From the NCBI GenBank assembly GCA_963764725.1, contig CAVXTM010000016.1, positions 352,001-416,000 of the forward strand: a stretch of 64,000 nucleotides of DNA, in the 5' to 3' direction. The notes under the pieces were generated by a model that was given only the letters and a program-made list of their open reading frames with translations, had not been told where the DNA came from and searched no databases. Origin of the DNA: an uncultured Gammaproteobacteria bacterium (lineage in GTDB: Bacteria > Pseudomonadota > Gammaproteobacteria > JACCXJ01). The position numbers were made by a program, and so were the translations under genes. Shown piece by piece: positions 22,308 to 31,459 of the stretch (its first letter is position 1; every line of letters starts with the position of its first letter).

Positions 22308-22744
22308 TCGCGTGGCCACCGTGTTACTCAGCGAGGCCTGCGATGAACTCGCCGGTGGTTGCCGATGACCTTGAGTCTCGGATCCGCCGGGAACCATAAA
22401 ACGGATAACGTAAACGCATTTCGTCAATCAACCGCATTAGCCTGAGGACCTACCTACCGCGATAATACACCCAGAACGCGAGATCCGAGGCAACGAACAA
22501 TGCCGAACCCGCTACAGCCCAGACGCCTCTTCGCCTGCAGCGCTTGAGCACCATGATGAGCAGATGGGCGATGGGCGATGGGCATAAACAGTTCTCGCAT
22601 GGCGCCCTACCTTATCGGTCCATCCAGTATTCTCAAGACTGCGATTCCGGCATGAATTCTCCTACAATGAACAATTGGCGACAGACACGAAGAAAACATC
22701 GTGCAGACCGATCCAAAGTCGAAGGATCTGCAGGAGCAGCTCAC

Positions 22745-23212
22745 ATGGTGGATCGAAAGGCCGAGCAAATGAGCGGCAATAGCCCCCACAAGAATCCGAA
22801 ACCGACGGTCGATGTCTTGATCGAGCTCGACGGTCGACCGGGCGAGCTGGTCTTCATCGAGCGGCTGAACGATCCGAAGGGCATTGCGCTCCCCGGGGGG
22901 TTTGTCGACGAGGGCGAGTGGATTGCCGACGCCGCCGTGCGCGAGGCGAAGGAAGAGACCGGCCTCGACGTCGAACTCCTCGAGCTGTTTCACGTCTACT
23001 CGGATCCGTCGCGCGACAAGCGCACGCACACGATCTCGACGGTGTTCATCGGTCGCGCGCGAGGCACGCCGGTCGGCGGCGACGACGCGGCCGGCGCTAT
23101 CGCCTGCCGACCCGACGCGCTGGCGCAGCCACTGGTATTCGACCACGCGCGGATCGTCGCCGACTACCTCGCGTACAAGCAGCGTGGTGTGCGCCCACCG
23201 CCGCGGCGCTAG
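22745..23212 (+). CDS. Nudix hydrolase
   Basis: Nudix box GGFVDEGEWIADAAVREAKEETGL, plus YSDPSRD and VFDHARI. AGGAG precedes ATG 22745; 22769 is an alternative start. Confidence 0.9.
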   Translation: MVDRKAEQMSGNSPHKNPKPTVDVLIELDGRPGELVFIERLNDPKGIALPGGFVDEGEWIADAAVREAKEETGLDVELLELFHVYSDPSRDKRTHTISTVFIGRARGTPVGGDDAAGAIACRPDALAQPLVFDHARIVADYLAYKQRGVRPPPRR

Positions 23213-23236
23213 ACTCGACCCGGAGAAAGAGGAAAG

Positions 23237-23869
23237 TCATGAGTGCGTTATCAGCTCTAAGAATTCAGCGCGCGTTCGGGTATCTTCCCGGAATTTGCCA
23301 AGCATCGCGCTCGTTACCGTTAGGCTATTTTGTTTTTGCACCCCTCGCATGACCATACAAAAGTGGCTGGCTTCCATCACCACGCCCACGCCTGTTGCTT
23401 TGAGCACCTCCATTAGCGTCATGGCGACCTGGCTAGTGAGCCGTTCTTGGAGCTGCAGGCGACGCGCGAACACATCGATAACGCGAGCAATCTTCGAGAG
23501 GCCGATCACTTGCCCATTAGGAAGATAACCGACATGAGCTCTGCCTGCAAAAGGGAGCATATGATGTTCGCAGAGGGAATAGAACTCGATATCCTTGACC
23601 ACGATCATATCATCGCAGTCTTCGGAAAACAGGGAGTCCTTAACAACCTCGGTGGCTGACATGCGGTAGCCGCTGGTAAGGAAGTTCATCGCCTTGGCTA
23701 CGCGTTGCGGCGTACGGTCAAGGCCTTCGCGGTTTGGGTCTTCACCTAAGTGGAGCAGCATCTTCCGCACGAGGGACTCGAATTTTGTGTCATAGCTCTC
23801 GCCCGGTGTTGCATCCAAATTGGCGGCATAGTGACCCTCGGCTAATACATTCATCAGTGGCTTATTCAT
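23237..23869 (-). CDS. folE: GTP cyclohydrolase I
   Basis: [43 protein letters not shown] and HFCMVMRGV. Confidence 0.95.
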   Translation of the reverse strand: MNKPLMNVLAEGHYAANLDATPGESYDTKFESLVRKMLLHLGEDPNREGLDRTPQRVAKAMNFLTSGYRMSATEVVKDSLFSEDCDDMIVVKDIEFYSLCEHHMLPFAGRAHVGYLPNGQVIGLSKIARVIDVFARRLQLQERLTSQVAMTLMEVLKATGVGVVMEASHFCMVMRGVQKQNSLTVTSAMLGKFREDTRTRAEFLELITHS

Positions 23870-24288
23870 TCCTTGTGCTCCGCTCTTGGTTTTAACAGAA
23901 AGGGGTGTATCACAATAGACGAATAAGTTTAAACGCTCTTTTTCGTTGAACAAGAAAATTACTGCTGGGTTTGTGAGTTGTCAAACAGGCTCGTCCTGGA
24001 TTTGTCATCGGGAAGTTTTCGGGCCATTCATGGGCCAGAGGTGCCAACTTTCGAGACCGCTCCCCTTATCCGGACGTTATCAGAAGGTCAGCGAGCGCTA
24101 CCTGCCTTGCAAAGGCCTTGGGAACCCTTTGACGATAGCCTATTTGGCGGCCATCGAGCCATAGATGCACGGCAATTGTTGCGCCATGACCGCTCTTCCC
24201 TGTCAAGCTTGCATAACCAAAACGGGTGCGTCCTTGGGACATTCTTGGTAATCTGTAACCTCGACAAAATGTGAAGGAGCTAAAAACG

Positions 24289-24864
24289 ATGGGTATCTTA
24301 GATCGGATATTCGGAAGCGATAAAGCGCCAAAGCAAGGACAGGCGACACAGCAACGCGGACCGCTCTCCGATGATCAGGCCATCGCCCGTTACCGCTACC
24401 TGCTCAAGACTGCACCGCCGGAAACAATCGAGCAGGCGCACGCCGAAGCCTTCGCGCGACTCACGCCGGAGCAGCGGCGGATGGTGCTGCAACAATTAAG
24501 CGCGAGCGCGCCGGAAGCGGAGCCAGCAGCCGTGGCTCCGGGCGAGGCCGATCCACAGGCGCTGGCGCGTATGGCGACGCGCGCCGAAGTGCGGCAACCC
24601 GGCACTATGGAGCGGACGTTCGGCCGTATGGGCGGCGGCGTAGGATTAGGGGGACTGATGGCGGGCAGCTTTTTGAGCACCATCGCCGGTACGGTCATCG
24701 GAAGTATGATCGCACAACAATTTTTTAGTCACGAAATCGGCTTCGATGCGGACGGTGTTGATAGTGGGCACCCGTCTGGCGTAGACGTGAATCAAGACGC
24801 CGGCGACTATGCGGCTGACGATGCGAGCGGCGAGATGGATGCCGGCGACTGCGGCGACGTGTGA
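24289..24864 (+). CDS. Hypothetical protein with Gly-rich hydrophobic segment and acidic tail
   Basis: AAGGAG ribosome-binding site; clean ORF (MGILDRIFG...AIARYRYLLKTAPPETIEQAHAEAF). Function not assignable. Confidence 0.75.
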   Translation: MGILDRIFGSDKAPKQGQATQQRGPLSDDQAIARYRYLLKTAPPETIEQAHAEAFARLTPEQRRMVLQQLSASAPEAEPAAVAPGEADPQALARMATRAEVRQPGTMERTFGRMGGGVGLGGLMAGSFLSTIAGTVIGSMIAQQFFSHEIGFDADGVDSGHPSGVDVNQDAGDYAADDASGEMDAGDCGDV

Positions 24865-25317
24865 GCTAACTTGGTCGGCGGCGACTAAGCGGCCGCGCTT
24901 ATAGGGAAAATATTACAAAAAAGGCGGTCGAGCGAACCGTGTGGAGTACGTGGGACGGTGATTACTGAATTCGATCTAGCGGAGGCCTTCAAATTCCAAT
25001 TTGGACAACCGGAGATTATTTTAACCTCTTCCTGAATGCTCCAAGGGAATCAATTCGAGGTCGAGCAGTCCCAGCCTAGAGTCCAGGCGTTAAAGGCAAG
25101 TTCCCGGCACAGCAATTGGTTCATCCTCAGCATGCCGTCGGAACTCCATCGCTGTCAAGAAAAGTTAAAGCATGACTACGCTGAAAGGCGCAAAAACCCT
25201 ATTCTGCTAAGCTGCAAGTGGCGCGGCCGGACGGGCGTGATTTCACGGCTGACTTCAAAAAGGCAAGCGGCTTGGTTACAAAAAAGCTGGGAATTGCTCG
25301 TGGGTACTCTGAGTTTC

Positions 25318-25344
25318 GTCATTGCGGGCGAAGCGAGGCAATCT
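25318..25344. repeat. REP-like short palindrome
   Basis: gtcattgcgggcgaagcgaggcaatct forms an ATTGC...GCAAT stem and resembles a widespread intergenic repeat. Single copy in this window. Confidence 0.4.
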
Positions 25345-25555
25345 GACGTGCGGCGCCCATCCTGGAATGCTTTTGATCCAGGATCCTGGAACCCGAAGAG
25401 CCTGGCTGCTGTGCGGTAAAGACACTCCAGGATGCCTTCGTCACCAGTGGACTAGGATGAACCCAACAGATTTCTCGAACGAACCTGTTTCCGTCACTTC
25501 GAGCGACGGCGCGAAGGTAGGCGCTCTTGCAGCAAGGCGCCGGGAAGCTCGCCCC

Positions 25556-27076
25556 ATGCGTCGGTCCTGGACGTTGTTTCTCGCCGTCACGTTCGGCTGT
25601 GTCACAGGCGCGGCCGCGACACGGACCGAATCCCAGTCGAAATCCGCGACGCAGCCAGCGTTTACCACGAATACGGTGATTGAAGCCGCGCGCAGCGCGG
25701 CGGCGAAGCCCTGGGCGCCGAAGAACCTGGATGGCTCACCGGCGCTGCAACAACTGACTTACGACCAGTATCGGGACATCCGCGTCAACGCGGACGAAGG
25801 CATCTGGCGAAATGAGCGGGTACCGTTTCGCGTCGAGATCCTGCCGGCGGGCTTTATCTTCAAGATCCCAGTCAAGGTGTCGGTCGTGGAAAACCGGATT
25901 GCCCGGAGTGTTCCCGGCGCGCCCGGAATGTTCTCTCTCGGCCCGCTGGTTGCCAAGCAACTCGCCAATCAGTCGTTGCCGCTCTCCGGTTTTCGCATGC
26001 GTACGCGCCTGAACTCACGCTCCGTCTGGGACGAATTCCTGGTGTTTCAGGGCGCCTCCTACTTCCGCGCGATCGACAAGGGCGGGGCGTACGGGCTGTC
26101 GGCGCGTGGGCTTGCAATCCGCACGGCCCACGCGATGGGCGAGGAATTTCCGGCGTTCACAGAGTTCTGGATTGAGCGGCCCGCAGCGAACGCCTCCGGT
26201 ATCGTGGTGCACGCGCTGCTCGACAGCGAATCGACGACCGGCGCCTACCGGTTTTCCATCATTCCCGGCAGCGAGACGATCATAGACATCGACGTCACGC
26301 TGTTTCCCCGCACAGCGCTCGACCATGTCGGCATTGCGCCGCTCGCGTCGATGTTCCTGTTCGATGAATCTGAGCGCACGCGCATCGACGATTATCGCGA
26401 TGAGGTCCACGACTCCGACGGTCTGCAAATCCTGCTCGCTTCCGGCGAACGCGTATGGCGGCCGCTGCGCAATCCGACGCAGTTGCAGGTATCGAGTTTC
26501 ACTTCCGAAGCGCCGAAAGGGTTCGGCCTGATTCAGCGCTCACGCAGCGCTTCCGACTATCACGATCTCGAAGCGCACTACGAGGATCGGGCGAGCGCCT
26601 GGATCGAACCGACGAGCCAATGGGGCGAAGGTTCGGTGCAGCTGGTCGAGATTCCGACCGACAACGCGGCGAACGACAACATCGTCGCATTCTGGCGTCC
26701 GAAGCACGTGATACCGGCGGGCAAAGCGTGGCATACCTCGTATCGCATACGCTGGAATTCACAGCCAAAGCTGACGCTGGCACTCGGCAAGGCGACGGCG
26801 ACGCGCACCGGCCCGAGCTTCGACGGCAAGCGGCGTATCTTCGTCATCGACTTCAGCGGCACCGGCCGTTCGATCGAGGGACTGAAGCTCGACGCCAGCA
26901 CGTCGGCGGGCAAGCTCTCGAACCTGGTGTTGCAACCGAACCCGCTCACAAAGGGTGTGCGTGCGAGCTTCGAGCTCGACCCGGGCGACGCTGGGGTCGC
27001 CGAACTGCGTCTACGTGTATTGCGAGGCAATCGTCCCGCGAGCGAGACCTGGCTGTATCGATGGACAGCCAGCTGA
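25556..27076 (+). CDS. opgG: Periplasmic glucan biosynthesis protein, OpgG/OpgD family (copy 2)
   Basis: Signal peptide MRRSWTLFLAV..., YDQYRDIR, FQGASYFRA, EVHDSDGL and SETWLYRW. Overlaps opgH. Start position uncertain. Confidence 0.88.
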   Translation: MRRSWTLFLAVTFGCVTGAAATRTESQSKSATQPAFTTNTVIEAARSAAAKPWAPKNLDGSPALQQLTYDQYRDIRVNADEGIWRNERVPFRVEILPAGFIFKIPVKVSVVENRIARSVPGAPGMFSLGPLVAKQLANQSLPLSGFRMRTRLNSRSVWDEFLVFQGASYFRAIDKGGAYGLSARGLAIRTAHAMGEEFPAFTEFWIERPAANASGIVVHALLDSESTTGAYRFSIIPGSETIIDIDVTLFPRTALDHVGIAPLASMFLFDESERTRIDDYRDEVHDSDGLQILLASGERVWRPLRNPTQLQVSSFTSEAPKGFGLIQRSRSASDYHDLEAHYEDRASAWIEPTSQWGEGSVQLVEIPTDNAANDNIVAFWRPKHVIPAGKAWHTSYRIRWNSQPKLTLALGKATATRTGPSFDGKRRIFVIDFSGTGRSIEGLKLDASTSAGKLSNLVLQPNPLTKGVRASFELDPGDAGVAELRLRVLRGNRPASETWLYRWTAS

Positions 27077-29187
27077 AGTCGGCGATTCCGCCGGAAGGCG
27101 GCGACGTAGTGCGCGGCGGCATGCCTTTCGAGCGCCCGCTCGACATGCCAGTGCAGAATCTGCGTCGCGCGCCAGCGTCGCTGCAGATGGAAGCCACGCC
27201 GGCGCGCGCGATTCTTGCGCGCGCATTGACTATCCTCGGTGCACTTGCCATCACCGGCTACGGCGTCTACGAGATGCTCGGCATTGTGAGCGTCGCGAAC
27301 ATGACGTTTCTGCAAGGCGTTATGATCCTGTTCTTCGCAGTCACGCTCGCGTGGATCGCTTTCGCAGCCGCATCGACGATCACTGGCTTTCTCGTGCCTC
27401 CGCCGCGCGGCAAGCCGGACACGCCGATCGCGGGCAGTCGCACGGCGCTCGTCATGCCGATCTACAACGAAGATCCCGCGCGCACGACAGCAGGCTTGCA
27501 GGCGATGGCGGAAGCACTTGCGCAGAACGACGCCGCCCAACATTTCGAAATCGTCATCATTTCCGATTCGACGAACGTCGACGCCTGGATCAACGAATCA
27601 CTCGCGGCCGATGAACTGCGTCGCACACTGCGCGAAACCGTTCCGGTCTGGTATAGGCGGCGCTGGCACAACGCCGCGCGCAAGGCTGGCAACGTCGAAG
27701 AATTCCTGAAGCGCTGGGGCGGGCGTTACGACTACATGATCATGCTCGACGCCGACAGCCTGATGTCTGCTTCGACGCTGGTCGAGCTCGTGCGCCGCAT
27801 GCAGGCGGATCCGCGTCTGGGCATTCTGCAAACCGTACCGATGCTGATCGGCCATACGAGCGTGTTCGCACGCATTCAACAATTTTCAGGCCGCGTCTAT
27901 GGCGCACTTATCGCGCGCGGCGTCGCCGCGTGGTCGGGTAATGAAGGAAACTACTGGGGCCACAACGCGATCATTCGCGTTGCCGCGTTCGCGCAGGCCT
28001 GCGGTTTGCCGCAGCTGCCGGGGCGCCGACCATTCGGCGGCCATGTATTGTCACACGACTTTGTCGAAGCGGCGTTGATTCGGCGCGCCGGCTGGAAAGT
28101 GCGCATGGCGCCGGAGTTGGACGGTTCGTGGGAAGAAAGTCCGCCATCGCTGGTCGATGTCGCAATCCGCGATCGTCGCTGGGCGCAGGGCAATCTGCAG
28201 CATTCAAAGATCATCGGCGCGGACGGCCTTGCGTTTACGAATCGCGCGCACTTCTTCATCGGCATCATGAGTTATCTCTCATCGCCCTTATGGCTGATGC
28301 TGCTAATCGTAGGCTTTGCGCTGACGCTGCAGGCGAGGCTGATTCGTCCCGAGTATTTCAGTCATACGTTCCAGCTCTTTCCCGACTGGCCGCAATTCGA
28401 CGCCGAGCGCATGATCGAACTCTTCATCTTCACGATGATCGTGCTGTTGACGCCGAAGGTGCTTGGGCTAGTCCGGACGCTGTTCACACCGAAGGTCCGC
28501 AAGGGCTGCGGCGGCTTCCTCGGCGTGACCGCAAGCACGGCGCTCGAGACGATCATTTCTGCGCTGTATGCACCGATCATGATGCTCCTGCAAACGCATC
28601 ACGTACTCGAAATTCTCACGGGGCGCGACTCCGACTGGAATTCGCAGCGCCGGCACGCCTCGATGACCGCCTGGGCCGAAGCGTGGAGCGTGCATTGGCC
28701 GCACCTCATCATGGGTGTACTGATCGGGGTGACGGCGTATCTGATTTCGCCGATATTGCTCGCCTGGCTCTCGCCGACGCTGGTAGGCCTGGTGCTCGCA
28801 GTACCACTGTCGAAACTAAGCGGCAGCGTCGCGGTCGGAAAGTTGTTCGCCTGGTTCGGCCTTTTGCGCACGCCGGAAGAAAAGCACACACCACCAGTGG
28901 TGCGCCGGCGCGATGAATTATTGGGCCACGCAGCGGCGCCGCAGAAAGACGGCCTGCGCTACCTCGCGCGCAATCGCCAGGCGCGCTACGCCCACATTTC
29001 CGGCAATCTGCCGCGCCCCGCTGAATCGCGCGGTCACCCTGATCCGCACCGCCTCACAGCAGAATGCAAAGTGCTGGATGCAAAAACGCTCAATGAAGTT
29101 CTTGCATGGTTGGGCCCCGCCGAACGGGTGCACGTCGCCGGGGATCCGCGATTGCTGGAGCGGATTGCGGAATTGCCGGATAGCTAG
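27061..29187 (+). CDS. opgH: Glucan biosynthesis glucosyltransferase OpgH/MdoH
   Basis: MPIYNEDP, RKAGNV, MLDADSLM, NYWGHNAIIR, LSHDFVEA and RDRRWAQGNLQH. Confidence 0.95.
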   Translation: MDSQLKSAIPPEGGDVVRGGMPFERPLDMPVQNLRRAPASLQMEATPARAILARALTILGALAITGYGVYEMLGIVSVANMTFLQGVMILFFAVTLAWIAFAAASTITGFLVPPPRGKPDTPIAGSRTALVMPIYNEDPARTTAGLQAMAEALAQNDAAQHFEIVIISDSTNVDAWINESLAADELRRTLRETVPVWYRRRWHNAARKAGNVEEFLKRWGGRYDYMIMLDADSLMSASTLVELVRRMQADPRLGILQTVPMLIGHTSVFARIQQFSGRVYGALIARGVAAWSGNEGNYWGHNAIIRVAAFAQACGLPQLPGRRPFGGHVLSHDFVEAALIRRAGWKVRMAPELDGSWEESPPSLVDVAIRDRRWAQGNLQHSKIIGADGLAFTNRAHFFIGIMSYLSSPLWLMLLIVGFALTLQARLIRPEYFSHTFQLFPDWPQFDAERMIELFIFTMIVLLTPKVLGLVRTLFTPKVRKGCGGFLGVTASTALETIISALYAPIMMLLQTHHVLEILTGRDSDWNSQRRHASMTAWAEAWSVHWPHLIMGVLIGVTAYLISPILLAWLSPTLVGLVLAVPLSKLSGSVAVGKLFAWFGLLRTPEEKHTPPVVRRRDELLGHAAAPQKDGLRYLARNRQARYAHISGNLPRPAESRGHPDPHRLTAECKVLDAKTLNEVLAWLGPAERVHVAGDPRLLERIAELPDS

Positions 29188-29228
29188 TTTGACGGAACGG
29201 ACTACTAGGCCCTCACGATGTTATTTTT

Positions 29229-29996
29229 GTGAAAGAAAACCCTCTCATCGCGCTCATTGAATTTCTGCGCGATGCAAGCAACATCTTCGTGTTCACCGGG
29301 GCCGGTATTTCAACCGCCAGCGGCATCCCCGACTATCGGGGACCCCAAGGGGTGTGGACTCGACGAACCCCTGTCTACTACCAGGAGTTCATGGGCTCGG
29401 TGACGGCGCGCATCGAGTATTGGGACTACAAGTTGGAGGGCTGGGAGGCGTTTCGCGATGCCCGACCGAACCGCGTGCATCAGGCCATCGTCAAACTCGA
29501 GCGGGCAACCAAACTGTGTAAGCTCGTGACCCAAAACGTGGATGGCTTGCATGCTCGTGCCGGCACGCCTCCGGAGCGGCTCATAGAACTGCACGGTACC
29601 AACCGCGCGGTGGAATGCCAGCGCTGCCATGAGCGCAGCGATCCAGAGCCGCATTTCGATTATTTCAGACAGACGCGCAAGCCACCGATCTGCCGCTGCG
29701 GGGGATATCTCAAACCGGCCACCGTCAGCTTTGGACAAAGCCTTCGCGAGCAGGATCTGGAGGATGCGATCACGGCAACGAAAAAAGCCGATCTCGTCAT
29801 CGCGCTCGGCTCCACGCTGTCCGTGTATCCGGCCGCCTCGCTTCCTTTGCTCGCTGCACAGCGCGGGCTCCCCTATGTGATCATAAATCGCGGGGCGACC
29901 GAGCATGACGGGCATCCGTCGGTGAGCCTGCGAATGGAAGGCGATGTCCTCGACACTTTCCCGCCAGCCGTCGAACGAGCCCTTAAGGCCGGTTGA
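29229..29996 (+). CDS. cobB: Sir2-family NAD-dependent protein deacylase
   Basis: TGAGISTASGIPDYRG, TQNVDGLH, ELHGT, Zn cysteines and GSTLSVYPAA. Confidence 0.9.
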   Translation: MKENPLIALIEFLRDASNIFVFTGAGISTASGIPDYRGPQGVWTRRTPVYYQEFMGSVTARIEYWDYKLEGWEAFRDARPNRVHQAIVKLERATKLCKLVTQNVDGLHARAGTPPERLIELHGTNRAVECQRCHERSDPEPHFDYFRQTRKPPICRCGGYLKPATVSFGQSLREQDLEDAITATKKADLVIALGSTLSVYPAASLPLLAAQRGLPYVIINRGATEHDGHPSVSLRMEGDVLDTFPPAVERALKAG

Positions 29997-30061
29997 TGCG
30001 GGCCGTCACCCCGATGCCGTGACGCAGAGCAGTTAACCGTCAGGGCAAAGATACAGATTTT

Positions 30062-31444
30062 TTATCTCACCTCGGACAAGGTGACAGAGCTGACAGAGCC
30101 TAGTTTTTTACTCAGAATGCTAGCCCCTACAATGATAGGTGAGAGGACTGGGCTGAACGGGGGTGCGTAAGCAAGGTCGGCGTTTTCTAGGTCATAGCAT
30201 GTGAGGTTTCCAAGTAATGCCGTTGCGGCGATGTCTATTATTTTGTCCACGGAGCCCTGTCCGACGGCCTGGGCACCCAATAAGCGCCCGCTAGGGGATT
30301 CGGCCACGAGCTTCAGTGTAAGCTCGCGGGCGTTCGGATAGTAACGCGCCTTATCTCTCGCCGTAATGGTCGCGGCGATCGGTTCAAACCCAGCCTCCCG
30401 AGCCGCAGCCTCGCTGAGCCCCGTTAAAGCCGCATTGAGCTCAAAGGTTTTAACAATAGCCGTCCCCAAGATCCCTGGAAACCGCGCATTCCCGCCGGCT
30501 GCATTCTCCCCAGCGACGCGCCCCTGGAGATTTGCGATATCGCCGAGCGGTCCCCATGTCGGCGATCCCGTCAAGCGATTAAAGCTCTCAACACAATCGC
30601 CGGCAGCAAATACTCCCGGTATGTTGGTCTCCATCCGCGTGTCTACGACAATCGCACCGGTCGACCCGAGACGGATATGACCCTTCGCTGCCAATTCAAC
30701 GTTTGGGCGGATGCCGATGCCAAGGGCCACCAGATCGGTCGGCACCTGCCGACCCGATTCCGTGATGACGGCAGCGACCCGCCCGGTTTCCCCCACGATC
30801 TCGGCTATGCCCTCGCCAAGTACGATACTCACCCCTCTCGAAATTAGATAATCGCGGATCCGCTGACTTAGCTCCGGATCGAGCCTTGGAAAAATCCGAT
30901 CCAACTTGTCAATCAAAGTCAGCGTCATACCCAATGCATATAGGCTCTCTGCGACCTCTAGACCGATATATCCACCTCCAACGATGACTGCTCTTTTTGG
31001 TTTCAATCGTTCGAGTGTGGACGCGAATCGATCCAGATCCTCCATCGTACGCAGAGCGACTACACCGTCCAAATCGATCCCATTAATAGCGGGTACCACA
31101 GGGCGCGCCCCGGTCGCAAGGATCAGGCGATCGTAACTCACAGGCTCGCGAGTGCCGTGATCAAGGTCTTCGACCTCGAGCACCCGATCCCGAGTGTTCA
31201 AGTCCGTGACACGGTGCCGTACCCGTACCGTGATCCCTTCCGCCGCAAATTCAGCGGGGTTACGTATGATGAGCGCATTGCGGGTAGCCACTAGGCCACT
31301 GAGATAGTACGGTTGCCCGCAGGCCGTATAAGAGATCTCGGCCTCCTCTTGATAAAGAGTGATCCCGATCGCTTGATTGAAACGGCGCGCCCTTGCAGCC
31401 GCCTTGGCTCCCGCGGCAACGCCGCCCACGATTACAAGATGCAT
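30062..31444 (-). CDS. CoA-disulfide reductase/NADH oxidase family flavoprotein
   Basis: GGVAAG, single redox Cys in SYTACGQPY, GGGYIG, AAGDC and C-terminal DLAYAPPFSP. Last gene of the CoM operon. Confidence 0.88.
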   Translation of the reverse strand: MHLVIVGGVAAGAKAAARARRFNQAIGITLYQEEAEISYTACGQPYYLSGLVATRNALIIRNPAEFAAEGITVRVRHRVTDLNTRDRVLEVEDLDHGTREPVSYDRLILATGARPVVPAINGIDLDGVVALRTMEDLDRFASTLERLKPKRAVIVGGGYIGLEVAESLYALGMTLTLIDKLDRIFPRLDPELSQRIRDYLISRGVSIVLGEGIAEIVGETGRVAAVITESGRQVPTDLVALGIGIRPNVELAAKGHIRLGSTGAIVVDTRMETNIPGVFAAGDCVESFNRLTGSPTWGPLGDIANLQGRVAGENAAGGNARFPGILGTAIVKTFELNAALTGLSEAAAREAGFEPIAATITARDKARYYPNARELTLKLVAESPSGRLLGAQAVGQGSVDKIIDIAATALLGNLTCYDLENADLAYAPPFSPVLSPIIVGASILSKKLGSVSSVTLSEVR

Positions 31445-31459
31445 GATGCTGCCTCCCGA

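Noticed and set aside
22563-22583. (GATGGGC)x3 tandem repeat
   Set aside because: Only three units, with no clear link to a gene or promoter.
24975-25060. IS3-like transposase remnant (FGQPEII...QGNQF)
   Set aside because: Too short and degenerate; no terminal repeats or further transposase sequence found.
29229-29996. Sir2 anti-phage defence protein, or regulator of the nearby ligase
   Set aside because: It is an ordinary Zn-binding CobB-type sirtuin with no defence partner, on the opposite strand. The ligase is ADP-forming, not the usual CobB target.
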